A stretch of DNA of 63,785 bases, the filler included, from Sphacelaria rigidula (taxonomy: Eukaryota): the NCBI GenBank assembly GCA_964200075.2. It is 11 parts of 11 records of this genome, joined end to end, with 100 filler letters (N's around TTAATTAATTAA, not from the genome) between each part and the next. Parts side by side here need not be neighbours in the genome. Positions count along the whole stretch, not along the records: positions 1 to 5,708 come from CAXNAA020025085.1; positions 5,809 to 11,516 come from CAXNAA020025086.1; 9 more parts are not named here. One strand, written 5' to 3'. The notes under the pieces were generated by a model. It was not told the DNA's origin and ran no database searches. It saw only the letters and a program-made list of their open reading frames with translations. Below, piece by piece: positions 1-11,468 of the stretch. A program made the translations under genes and the position numbers. How positions within the stretch are numbered: the stretch's first letter is position 1; each line of letters begins with the position of its first letter.

Positions 1-1351
1 GCAGTCATGTGGGGTCGGCGCCTCGAGCGTTCGCAAGCTTTGCTCACCGCAGTATGGGGATCCTACACTCTAACCCCCCCCCCCCCGTCAAGTTGGCGCA
101 GTGCACTCGCCGCCATACTCTCAAGAGCTTCGTCCCTAGGAATTTCTATCAATTTGTACGCGAACTGTGGAGGAAGCATGGGGTCCTCCCACCCCCCAGT
201 CTATATGGACCGGTTGGGCGTTTGGTGACACGCGGTGGTGGGGCAGGGTAGGAAGAGACGTTTGGTGTTTTCGAAATCGCAGAACAGTAGTAGCAGACAG
301 CACAGACTGCAGCAGCCCTGAAGCGAAGGTGGTTGGTAATCTGCGCAACTGTGAATGAAACAGTTGACGCAATGCCCCTGTGGCGAAGACTCGTATGACG
401 ATGTAATGTACTGAACCGCCCTGTATCACCATCGTACAGGTACGGGTGCGAAGTGAGGGGTGTTGTCATCTGACAAGTGTCCGGGTTGTTCGACGACATT
501 TTTCCGACCGTCGACACTTGATCTTCGTTTCCTTCCCCATATGGATACTTGTGGTTAGCAAACACATCCTTTTCATGGGCGATTCGCGCCTTCAGGCGAC
601 GCTCTCCCTGTTCAGAAGGTACATGAACCTCCACACCCGTGACACAGTGGGCCCTACTCATTCTGTTTTCAGGGTTCTTAAAGCGTGCCCTGAAAACCTA
701 AAAAAAAGCCAGCGAAATCTATTGCCAATGAACTACAACCTTTCTTGTGAACTATGTAGTGAAAAGAGCTCGTGATTGACTCGCACACTCCAGTCACACC
801 TGCAGTGTACGTGCTAGTGTACATGAATGAACAGTCGCGCCGGGAAGGATAGCGCAGCAGCGGAGAAACGAAGCAGCAAGTAAACAACCAGGCAGCGAGT
901 GGTACATTGCCACCGCAGGGGTCATGGCGATGCTCGTGTGTCAGTATATTCCCGTCTTGGTATGGCTGGTTGTGTCTTTCCGTGGCCGCGAGCCCTGGTG
1001 CCGATGCCAGCGGCAGCGGCGGCCATGCTGCCGGATGCAAGCAGTGCCCTGGCGGTGAAGCATATCCTCACTGTGCCGCGGGTTGTTTTTTTCATCGGAG
1101 CACGGAGTCTGGCCCAGCTGGTCGAGAGGTGTATTTCGGCGCTGATTGTGTGTGTTTACTCAGCTATGTTTGGTATCGCGCAAACGATGGGTCTGGGTAG
1201 CGCCTTGTTCGTTTCACGGAAGACGAAACAGTCAACACACCGTGCAGTTTTCAACAGTCAGTGTGTAGACGGCACTGCGTCCCGGCTGATACTATTTTCT
1301 ACAGAGACAAACACAACAATACGGCAGCTTCAGCCAGGTTGACAATACCAA

Positions 1352-1497
1352 GTGTGCAGAACGCGTTTTTGTCTGAATCGGCGCTGCAGGCGCCGATTTG
1401 AGGTCTACCAACACCATACTTGGCCTAGAGAACACCATGCACCCCCCTCGCCCGAGGGTTCTCGGTGTTCCTTGGCTTAGCGTTAGCGTTAGTTGGA
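1352..1497. repeat. Interspersed repeat ending in telomere-like hexamers (also 35570-35712 inverted, 63425-63556)
   Basis: Shared GATTTGAGGTCT...GCCCGAGGGTTCTCGGT. It is followed by TTAGCG/TTAGGG units in the 1352 and 35570 copies. Confidence 0.7.
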
Positions 1498-4400
1498 TAT
1501 GAAATATTTTCCGAAAAAAATCTTGTCCGACCAAGTAAGCTGGCCTCTTGGAACCGACCGGACGGATCCTTCGTTTCTGGCTGGCTAGCTTGATCTTTCC
1601 ATCGGGAAGAGCTAGGACACCTTGGTAAAAGTTTTTCCCTAGATATTTTGCGAGCAATTCGCATCCCTAACAGAATCACCGTACGGTGCTGTACTGTGCT
1701 TGTTGGGCGATGTACTCTATACTACAGTCGTTCTCTACCCGTACACTCTGTATTTCTTCACCCACCCTTCCTTACCTTCGCTCTCTCGATCTATTATGGA
1801 GTATCTCCGGCTTGTTTGTTTTCGGTGTTGCGGTGGGACGCAATCAAGGTACTGGGATATCCCGAATCCTAGCACTTGTTGGGGGTCTGATGTCTTTCAA
1901 TTATATTGCTTGTTCACCTGCACGAAAAAGCAATGGTTACATTGCGGACTCTTAGCCTGAGACCGTTTTCAACACCCTTGGCACAAGTACACCACGCTTG
2001 TGCCAGGTGAGCTGCATGGTGGACCATCCAGGCGTCTCCACTGCTCTCCTGGCTACCTTACCTCCCTTCAGGGAGGTTCATGATCACCGCGTAAGGTTCA
2101 AAGATGGCTCGCACAACACGAAGTCTTACTCAAACACCAGGAGGTCCCACACATCACCTCCTCCCATTCCATGTACGGTTGGTTCACCATGAGTCGCTAC
2201 TCGACTAATGCTCCCGAGTAGACCTTCGCTGTCGAAAGCTCGGCCAACTGTTACCCCAGATTTTGTGCCGGCCTCTATCCTTCAAGATCTCAAGATATCT
2301 ACCTACCGATTGGTGCTCCTTTTTTGGTCGTGTGGTTGGTCATTGACGAGATGTTTATCTCGTGTCTGCAGCAGGTCTTGGGGATTTCTATCATGTACTA
2401 TCCATCCCTTTCCTTTATTTGACGCCTGTACACCTCATGTAGGGAATAGCAGGATACTGACTGACCAGATTTCCATCGTCTAATGAAAATCGGTACAGGT
2501 TTTCGGCTATCTCACCGCGAGACTCAATCTTTTCGGTGTGGGTTCGACATGTCGGGGTAACCTCATTATATCTGTGCTTGTTATATATATATCCTGTGCT
2601 TTCGATGTTGCATGTAAGGTGGCCAACCTCCAAGCTATTACTTCCATGTCTGGATTTTGGTCTTTGCATCATGTCTTACCTTCGTTGCGACGTGGGGGAC
2701 AGGATCTCGATTGTTAACTGGTTTTGGTTTGGGGAAATGATAAATGGTTATTAATAGTTCCGGCACTTCATGTCCATGTCCGGCCTGCGCCAAAATAAAA
2801 GACGAGCATATATCAACCCCGGCATATATTGAACATAGTATAATGTTTCAGCTGCAACCACCCTCAGTATGAGCGGGGGATATTATTCACGAGACTTTTA
2901 TTTCACATATCTCTGATTTTTTCGCCAAAAAAACTCCCTACCCGAAAAATGCGACGGAAGATCTCGGCAACAGATTAGGCCATATATCCATTTCAGACTG
3001 GGTATGGGTTTCTCCGGAAATCTAGCGCGATTTTTTTTATCAGAAAGTAATATGTTGGAAAAGTCTGAAATAGTTCCAAAATCTCGGCAAAAGGTGCAAA
3101 ACCCCGAAAAACAAGCTCCGTTAGTAATACGTAGTAATACCCCTATGTGCTGTAACAACATTATCCTCCACGAAGGCCAAAATTTCAGCGTTCACTCTCT
3201 CTTGTGTGCACCGCGCCGGAGAAATATTCGCTGTAAAAAAAAAGTGACACAAAAGGGCCGGCGTGTGCCAATACTGTACGACTGCTGCACGGAACATGTC
3301 TGCGGGAGAGACTTCTTGTGACGACTCTTGCCCACACGCGAGAGCATACTGATCATCATTCTCCCTCTGTCATATGCTGCCGGCGGAATGCGTTCCGTGC
3401 CAGAATTATTGTGCAATATGCATGGTATCTACAATAGTCTCACGAGCATGGGATGGAGCGCATGTCCACACGTCCGTCGTCACATGGCTTGTCGTTGTGA
3501 ACATGTCTCCTCCATCTTTGAGGAGACGATCATACTGGACGCAGACAATCAAAAGTGTTACTTTCTTGCTTGACTGTTGTGGAGACTCCAGGCCTGTTCC
3601 CACGCCACCTCTCCAAGTATTTCCGAGCACTTTCCATGTTGCAACCAAGCATGAAAGAAACGTCGAGTGCCGACAACACCGCTGACAATACCTCAGCGTC
3701 TTTCGATAGCCAGCGATTTTTGGCACCTTCAATCGAAACACCCGAGAGGAAGCCCCCCCTACTGAAGCCGCCACCACCGCCCCGGGCACATATATGCAGC
3801 GAACGTCTACTTTCAGATGTCAAAACCATCGCCTGAACCCACCATCGAGATCTGGTGGATCATGATGAAAGTGTACATGGTACATAGTCTGCACCCACGT
3901 CCACCGTTACCGGCCTCAACCTTCACACTCGATCTCGCCACCGTCAGGGTGCACCCGGGGGGAAACGTAACATGCGCGGTGAACGAACGAAGAGAGGTGT
4001 ATATGCAGAGGAATCGAAGGAGCGTGGGTCATGTTCCATTTGTGCATCATGGGGTGACCAACACGTCGGGATACTACGGCACATGGGACGGCATCGCCGC
4101 GCAGCATGATAGACCGACACAAATCGAGTGCTTCTTACTTGTGCGTAGGCCATGGCCTCCGAACTTTTCCCGTCACATGTTCACCTACGGTTTAATAACA
4201 CCATTAAACGCGGGGGCCACTTGCACTCTCTCACACAACGATGCCCCGTTCGAAGTACCATTCCACAACGCCCCCGCCTCCGTCTCCGCCGGAATCATAG
4301 GAGGTTCCCGCTCTTCCTGTGTCACTCGCCCCTTACTCGTCGTTGTTGTTACTCCCGGACTCCACTTCATCGGCTATCACTGTCCCGAACCCTTTCCTGA

Positions 4401-4902
4401 CTGGAACCCATTGACCATCGACTGTCGGACCGCACCGCCCCCTACACCCACATAACACGGGATGGTAATCCTCCTCCCTAACTTCGCGCTCTTGCACTCG
4501 CACTTGCACTCGCGCGTCTCCGCCGCCGGAGGGCTGGCACCCGCACAAAACACGGCTGATCTTTCCCCGTGGGGTCGATGTGTGCATGTTCAGATGAGTT
4601 GACAACAACCTTGCATTTTCGTCGTGGACGTGCGTACGTCATCCGATGCCGTCTTCCACCCACGGTTGGTGATGTCCACAGCAACCATGGAGTCTGCCAT
4701 CTCACCCCATCCATTATCCCAACACAGCACCAGCTCGCTGCGCTTAGAAGCGCAAGGCATCCGCGGGTAGTACGAGATCTATTGGCTTCCTGTCGCCCAT
4801 TTTCCATCTCAGGAATCTACCTCACCCAGTTGACCAAGAGCGTGATACCCCCCCAGCCTGGTCCGGCGAGAACCCGGCGTGCTCCGTCCCGGCTTTGTAG
4901 GG

Positions 4903-5316
4903 GCGGACCCCCGATGGGGTTGGCGTCAGTTGGCCATGGCGCTATAAAACACGCCACTCACTGCACAAGCTAGGCAACCAGGTTGCCGTTTTTTTCGCGC
5001 GCGCTTGCGCTTTATTTGCGGTAACCATGATGGTAGTCGAGCTCGATCATCTTGTGCGGCGTTGGAGAACCCCCAACTCCGCACAATGGGGATGGTCGTA
5101 CTACGTAATGTTTGAATGGTGAGACACCCATGAGGCAGTGTATAAGCCGTGGCTGTCTCTGGAAGTGGTGATACCAGATAATAAAGCAACTCGCTAGAGG
5201 CTGTCATCCAAATGCAAGATAATCAGTAGGCTCTGGGCGGAATAATCTTGGCAGTGTGCAGCTCACCCTTCATGCGACTCGCCAAACACACCACGGCGCT
5301 TCGCGCTTGGTGATTG
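4903..5316 (-). repeat. ~400-bp non-coding interspersed repeat family C (also 11617-11990 +, 13050-13440 +, fragment 46325-46364)
   Basis: Three long homologous copies on two unrelated contigs, plus a fragment on a third. Confidence 0.88.
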
Positions 5317-5708
5317 NNNNNNNNNNGCTTCGTAGGGATGCGAGGTCAATAGTCTTATGACTATGGCATGCATGATCATGAGTACACCCTCCCGGGCGCT
5401 GTTCTCCAGGATGTTGTCTGCGCTAGTTCCGGCCGTGGAGAATCCGGATTTTTTCTTGTAGTAAAAAAGCAACTGCGAGAACACACGTTCGTAGGAAATC
5501 ACAACAGAGCGTTATGTTCTGTTGGCCATGCGTATGGTGGTGGTTTCCCGTATGTGAGCATTCGTTCGTTTTAACCCTTTCGGAAACGTGATGGAAAAGT
5601 GACGATTGACGTTTTTTTCTTGGGGGGGGGGGGGGGGGGAAGATATAAAGGGTTTTTTTTTTGCAAGGAACTGTTGTTAGGGCGGCCCACCGGGGCGGGC
5701 GACCACTT

Positions 5709-5808
5709 NNNNNNNNNNNNNNNNNNNNNNNNNNNNNNNNNNNNNNNNNNNNTTAATTAATTAANNNNNNNNNNNNNNNNNNNNNNNNNNNNNNNNNNNN
5801 NNNNNNNN
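5709..5808. other. Artificial contig-joining linker (N44-TTAATTAATTAA-N44); identical linkers at 11517-11616, 17325-17424, 23133-23232, 28941-29040, 34749-34848, 40557-40656, 46365-46464, 52172-52271, 57979-58078
   Basis: Ten identical 100-nt spacers carry a six-frame stop core. The intervening segments are 5708 bp (x8) then 5707 bp (x3), i.e. length-sorted contigs. Confidence 0.99.
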
Positions 5809-5824
5809 AATAATTATAGTAATA

Positions 5825-5876
<52 letters not shown>

Positions 5877-5932
5877 TAACAGTAATAATAATGATAACAG
5901 TAATAATAATGATGATGATAATGATAATGATA
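5809..5932. repeat. (AAT/GAT)n microsatellite
   Basis: Direct inspection. Confidence 0.97.
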
Positions 5933-6956
5933 GTGTGCTCAGCCCAGACAGGTCCACTCAGCTGTATGTCACGTGAGTTGAAGATGTTCAAGGGTAGTCG
6001 TAATAACAGTGCCCGAATTTTCTCGGAATGATTGCCGGCAACCATCGCGGAAACCGAAAACGTTGCCTAGTGTAGATCGCCGGCTGTTGGCCTTCTTCCT
6101 GATTCTGCTCTCACCAGCATTGGCGACACCGTCACGCGACTCAGCTGCCACCGATTCGCTTTCTGCTGCAGTAGCCACCACCGCGCTGATCACGGACGCC
6201 GTGTCCTGAGAAAAGCATAAACCGCGCCGTCGACGAGCAGCAGAAGCGAGAAAAAGGCAAAAAAGCAAAACATTGGATTGATGGAACATACATAGGATGA
6301 CGGGCAAACGACAAAAGTAGGTTTATTCCCACCTATGTCAGCCCACACGTAGGTTCAGGTAACCGTGCAAGTTAGAGCTGGCCGTACTAGGCCCAAACCA
6401 CTTAAGACCCAATCCCCATGCCAAAACAAGGCGCCCACCGCTCATGCAGAACATGTACACCAACTGTGGCGAAAAACATGTCGCGAAAAAAGAGCACGAT
6501 TTTACTCCCGAACAGCGGCGCTGCGGGACACAGGGGCCTCGCAGTGTATCCTGTTCTGTCCGCCAATGGGGGGTTAGCGTACCCAGCAAACCTAATAAGT
6601 TAATCAATAATGTACCTTATTTTCTCTTATGCTGTCTCATATTATATTCAAAGTGTACCTCTATTCAACCAATATGGGCCTCCCACAGCCACCGTTCAAC
6701 CCACGGCAGGGCACAAAACCGAACGGACGGAGAACTTTCTCCAATCCTTCTTTTTACCTCTTCCAACGGCCTTGAGACGCAAGAGCCCACGCTTTTATTT
6801 CACCTCTTTCTACGGCCTGGAGGCTCGATATCTCTGCGGAGTGATCGACACACCGCACGACCGTTGACAAACGGCTCAACAAGGTGTTAAGTAGCCTTGC
6901 GTTCTGTGCAGTTTTTGGACTGCATGAGACCTACGAGTTTTCGACCTGCATAATAA

Positions 6957-7213
6957 GCCGGTCGCCCCGGTGGCTCAGTTGGTAACCTCGAAACTCTCTG
7001 ACGGTTGGGTCGTGGGTTCGTTTCTCGAAGCGATCTGGGATTTTTTCTCACACCATGCCCAACAGTGGAGAGCGACTATGTCGTCGTGGATACACAAAAT
7101 TCGGCTGAACGGGCGACGAGGGAAAGGGGACTGCTGAATCCCGCTCGCGATAAAAAAGGGCAAGCACCGCAGAAGGGAGGTGGGGGTACTAAAAACAATT
7201 AAAAAAGAAAAAA
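6957..7213 (+). mobile_element. tRNA-derived SINE family S1
   Basis: A box TGGCTCAGTTGG, B-box-like GGTTCGTTTC and an A-rich tail. Same head at 63713. Confidence 0.8.
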
Positions 7214-7955
7214 CTCCTGTGTAGACTTTCCTCCTGTGCGACCCCGGCCGATGCGTCCACATATACCGAAAAGGTATAGACCGGCGTCCAGAATAGATGG
7301 GACGACAACACACAACAGCACAGCACATAATAAGGACCGCGATTCCGTAGACCGCACGCTCTTTCGGGAAGTGCTTGCCCGGTTCAGAGTCCCGCCACAG
7401 ATGATTCAAGATCGTCCGTATCTTTCACGATTGGCATGCGATCTCGTGTCCAGCTGGGTCGTAGCAACTATCAGCGCGGTTTCACGTCTACTAGTAGGGA
7501 CTCAGACAAGAGCGCCTTTTTTGTCCGAGCTGTAGTTCAACATCTTTTGGCGCAGCCTTGGTCACCAGTTCGAGGCAGACTCCCAGCCCTCGCCTGACAC
7601 TTGATATTCCTAGACCATGCGCCAAAAAGGTAACGATGCTCAATCTCCGGAAGAGACGCCGCTGGAGAAGGTGGGGTGCGCGGCATGGGGGAACGCTATA
7701 TAAGGACGACGCAGGCATAGATAGCGTCGAGGTCTGCAGACGACCGGGCTTGCTGGAATGATGGCCGTCATAGTGGTGGCTAGTTAGGAGTTCGGATATA
7801 GACGATGTCGGAGAACAAGACAAAGCGCGTGTGCCTGTGTTCAGCACCCAGCTCCGCAGAGACAGCGTTTAACACCAAGGCGCCAGGCCAACGGTGTGGG
7901 CAGATGGTCAAGTTTGTCTACCTTAGCGCTGCTGTCCTCGAGGATGCGAATATTT

Positions 7956-8198
7956 CACGGTTACGAATCCCCAAATCCACGATTTCTTCGGTCTGACTGC
8001 CCCCAAAAGGGAAAAAAACGTTGACCGCTGGTCCAAGGGGGATATCCACGCAACGTTTGCGCCATTCGACGTGTCTAGGCTGCGTGTACCTGGGCTGCAA
8101 CGCTGAAAACAAAGCCTAGGGATTGATTCGTACGAATCGAATCAAATATACTAAAACCAAGTAATTTCCAGACGAATCATTGATTTGTCCGACCCTTG
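7956..8198. mobile_element. hAT-type MITE (~250 bp), copy 1
   Basis: 8-bp TSD GAATATTT at 7948-7955 and 8199-8206. CA..TG termini. Homologous to the copies at 18731 and 57508. Confidence 0.9.
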
Positions 8199-9115
8199 GA
8201 ATATTTTCATCGAAGTCATCCGCAGCATCAGCGCTCCGTGGGCACGCCTCAGGATGTCTAGTGTTGAACTCTACGATCAGCCCGACCCCCAGCTACCTCT
8301 GGAAGCCCGGCTGCTTGAAGCGGAAGTTGTGGAAGCGTATGCTGAACGGGTGTGCTGCGCGGACGCTGCCTCCCGAAAAATTGAGGAGTTCGCGCGCTGC
8401 CTGACATCACCTTTTGTTGCGAAAAGGTGGGAATCCGCATGAAGTAGCGAATTGACTACAATACTCTTTTCGTACAGAGATGTGGTAGAGATGACCAACT
8501 AGAGCTTATTATTGAGACAATCATCCGCAACCGTAAACTCTAGGTTGCGGGGGGGGGCTCTTGTCTGGAAGGACAAAAAACGTTTTTCAAAGTCCATCAT
8601 ATTTTGACGGTTAGCCGGAAAAGAGTCCACGGAGGCTGGTCGACCCCCGAAACACTGGGGGGATCACCTCCGGTAGAAACTGCGTGCACCAGAGGACCTC
8701 CGACGCAAAGAAGCACAGCGGAAACGGTTCGTCTGCGGTATAGAGATCAAACTCGCACATGATTGAGCTGCTTCGGCGAAGATCATGGCAAAGGACACCT
8801 TGGAGTCGAGAAAGGGACGGAATAGTTTGAAGACATGCGGCGACGCGAAGACAAACTCCAATCGGACGTTCCCCACAAACTAGAGGATTCTGGATCGAAA
8901 TACGCTACTCGAAGAGCCGCCGCCGCTGGCGCGGCGGGCTCGTGAGGAATGCAGAATGGAAAGGATCGATAGAGCGTCCCGCTTTGTGCCGGACTAGGGA
9001 TGAATAGAGGAATCTGGGTAAATATGGGAACTGGTTCACCCCCGTCTTCTCTTATCGGTTGCTGCCGTTTTCCTTGACCTGTGGTCTTGCGTTCTTCCCT
9101 GGATGTACTTGTGTA

Positions 9116-9360
9116 CATTGATTGATTTTTGATTGACGGTCGCACTTTAAGTGACCCCCCAGGTAGTCATGATCCAACCGTGGTCTCATGATAGACGTAC
9201 CCAAGAAAAACAAAACTGAACCACTCGCTGAAGAGAACAAGGAACAGAAGAAAGTCGAACAGAACGACATAGTAGACTAAGACGTGAAAGAAAAAAAAAA
9301 CAAGAAGAAAAAAAGTCAACAAAAGCAAAGCACAGAAATGCATGACCGACCTAAAACAAT
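9116..9360 (-). mobile_element. RTE LINE 3' UTR/tail fragment
   Basis: Same TTGGGTACGTCTATCATGAGACCACGG...AAGTGCGAC(CAAT)n end as the RTE at 55535-56930. Confidence 0.85.
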
Positions 9361-9420
9361 ATGCTTACTGCGATCTTGGATTTCATCGCTTTATTCACTT
9401 CCTTCTTCTCCGCCCTCTAC

Positions 9421-9530
9421 CCTCTCTCTCCGTCTCCGTCTCCGTCGCTGTCTGTCTGTCTGTCTGTCTCCGTCTGTCTCTGTCTCTGTTTGTCTCTGTC
9501 TGTCTGTCTCTTTTCTCTCCTCTCTCTCGC
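9421..9530. repeat. (CTGT/CTCTGT)n microsatellite; others at 12375-12465 (GAGACA/CA), 23586-23629 (AG), 51928-51982 (CAT), 44660-44840 A-rich
   Basis: Direct inspection. Confidence 0.95.
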
Positions 9531-9875
9531 TGTTTCTTTCCTGTGGATAATGACAACGACTGGGCCCTTACTTCCGTGGGGCTCCCGGGTGAGCGATTAC
9601 GCTCGAATAGTTTTGTTCGAAACATCTGAGCCGCGATCCGTTTACCCGGTTGTTTCGTGTTGTTTCGTGTATGGATACATATGCCATTCTGAGTCAGTCC
9701 CACGCATGGCCTTTCCCCATGAAGTCGTGATGCAGGGGCCGGCCGACCTCCTCTATAGCCATTTCCTCGGTATGATTCAAAGATATATATATATATATAT
9801 TACTTTTGCTGCTTCTCCGCTCCGTTCCTTTCCTTTCCACTCCCTTTTTCTGTTTGACTTCATTTTTGTTTCTCA

Positions 9876-10075
9876 GGGCGTGTCTTACTTAGCACACTAG
9901 TTTTCGACTTGGAATTGTGCGGTGGGAAAAACAAAAGATCCCGATCTGATTTGCCGTAGTTTCAACCATCGTCGTCGCTAATTTTGAAGATGGTTAAAAT
10001 CACGACTTATCAGATCAGGAGTTTTGTTTCCCGCCGCACTTTTTCGATCGAAAATTGATGTGCGAAGACACGGCC
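9876..10075. mobile_element. PIF/Harbinger-type MITE family H1
   Basis: Palindromic ~200 bp element with GGCCGTGTCTT-type TIR and 3-bp TSD TCA. Confidence 0.85.
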
Positions 10076-10712
10076 TCACAGTGTATTCCGTCCGTCCATT
10101 CGTCCTGTCCTTTTGTTTCCCACTTTTTATTTTTTTCTTCAGTGGGCATGTTCATGTTGCTCACCTTCCGAACGTCCATTTTCTGGATGACGACTACGAA
10201 TGCGTCCGTCGGCGATCAGTTAATGTGCAACAGTCAGTCTACCAATCAATCAATATTAAGGATACGAATATCCCAGATAGATATGGTAGATGGGCATGCC
10301 AGGTGGGCATCTTGCTCCTCCCAGATGGGCATTTCAGAAACTTAATATGTCAGAGGAATGTCCCAGACAGACGGATGTGATACTCCAGATGAATATCCGA
10401 GATGAATATGACATCCAATATGGAAGTTACACGATAATTCCAGGTTTCCAAATCGCGGGAAGTGGAGCATACGCGAATCGTTGCAAGCCTTATTAACGCC
10501 CTCCGGACAGATTCCTGGCTGCATCATCGACAGGTCGTGTGACAAGTGGCGATGTTCAATCGCCGCACGAGGGGCCTGCGGTTCAAGAGGAGCAAATGTA
10601 GTAAGAGAATTCCCGTACAATGCATCACACAAGGAGGTATCTTCAGGATCGGTCAGCATCGTAGGTTAGACCCTTTTGAATGCCTTTTTGAATTCGCCAC
10701 GACTCGGAGGAA

Positions 10713-10993
10713 GAGCAACACTACGGTAGGGGTCGAACTTTTTTCAGCGAGAACATTTCTCGTTGCTGCTTGGAGTGTTGGAGGGATCATTTTGAGAACC
10801 GGCATCAGTTTTACTTGTGAAAAAAAGACTGACAATGGTGCCGACTCACCAAAAAGACCCCCGCGTGCAAACACCATGTTTCTGGAAGTCCGGTCCCCGG
10901 AGATTTGGGTTGCACGGCAAGCGCCACACATTTTGGTTCCTACAGAAAAGCGACCCAGAAACAAAAAGTGTAGCCCCTACCGTAGCATTGTTC
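10713..10993. mobile_element. MITE with GAG..CTC-type termini and 4-bp TSD (Sola-like)
   Basis: TIRs GAGCAACACTACGGTAGGGG and CCCCTACCGTAGCATTGTTC. TSD GGAA. Confidence 0.8.
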
Positions 10994-11436
10994 GGAAGTT
11001 TGTCGTTTTTCTAAAGTATATGTATGTCAAGTGAAAGCTGACGTCGATTGACATATGCGGAAACGCCGATATTGAGGAACACCGATGGAGTGAGGAACCA
11101 CGTCCCAAGTAATGTTAGATGTTGCGTCCGGCCGCGAGCGAGTTCCCTCACACTCCACTGCATGCCGCACCACGTAGAAAAACAATTTCTTACCCTTATC
11201 AGCTCTTGCATTTCAGTTCCCAGGGGGTTGCTTGGAACGTTGAAAAAACATCGATCTATGTAGAATATTGCGTGCTCATGAACAATTTCTTGAGTGCGCG
11301 GAAATTTCTAGGGTTTTGTTGAACGTGTGTGCCAATTCATCATCCGACTGCCTTCGCCCCCAGATACTATGACGTTAGACGATTGTTGAAGTCGCTCTTT
11401 CAAATGCGGTATTCGTCGCTTGAGACACTTTCTACG

Positions 11437-11468
<32 letters not shown>

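Larger units (their letters stand above)
7330..10255 (+). mobile_element. Decayed 5'-truncated RTE-clade LINE (RT C-terminal half plus 3' UTR) carrying nested insertions
   Basis: Frameshifted motifs KDRDSVDRTLFREVLARFRVPPQMI, YKDDAGIDS (YADD), FVYLSAAV and LLEAEVVEA. A T-rich UTR and CAATCAATCAAT tail lie at ~10243-10255. Interrupted by the hAT MITE at 7956, an antisense RTE tail at 9116 and the Harbinger MITE at 9876. Confidence 0.9.

Noticed and set aside
4150..4620. Possible SET-domain relic (KGFGTVIADEVESG..KGRV) on the - strand
   Set aside because: It needs frameshifts and lacks the NHSC motif, so it is too weak to call.
5753..5764. Periodic TTAATTAATTAA as a biological repeat or array
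   Set aside because: It is always embedded in exactly 44+44 Ns, which marks an artificial six-frame-stop linker.
5969..6206. Possible Ala-rich exon on the - strand
   Set aside because: An acceptor-like site is present, but there is no recognisable product or partner exon.
6957..7030. Functional tRNA gene
   Set aside because: It has A/B boxes but no acceptor stem or cloverleaf. It continues into a body with an A-rich tail, and a diverged second copy exists, so it is a SINE head.
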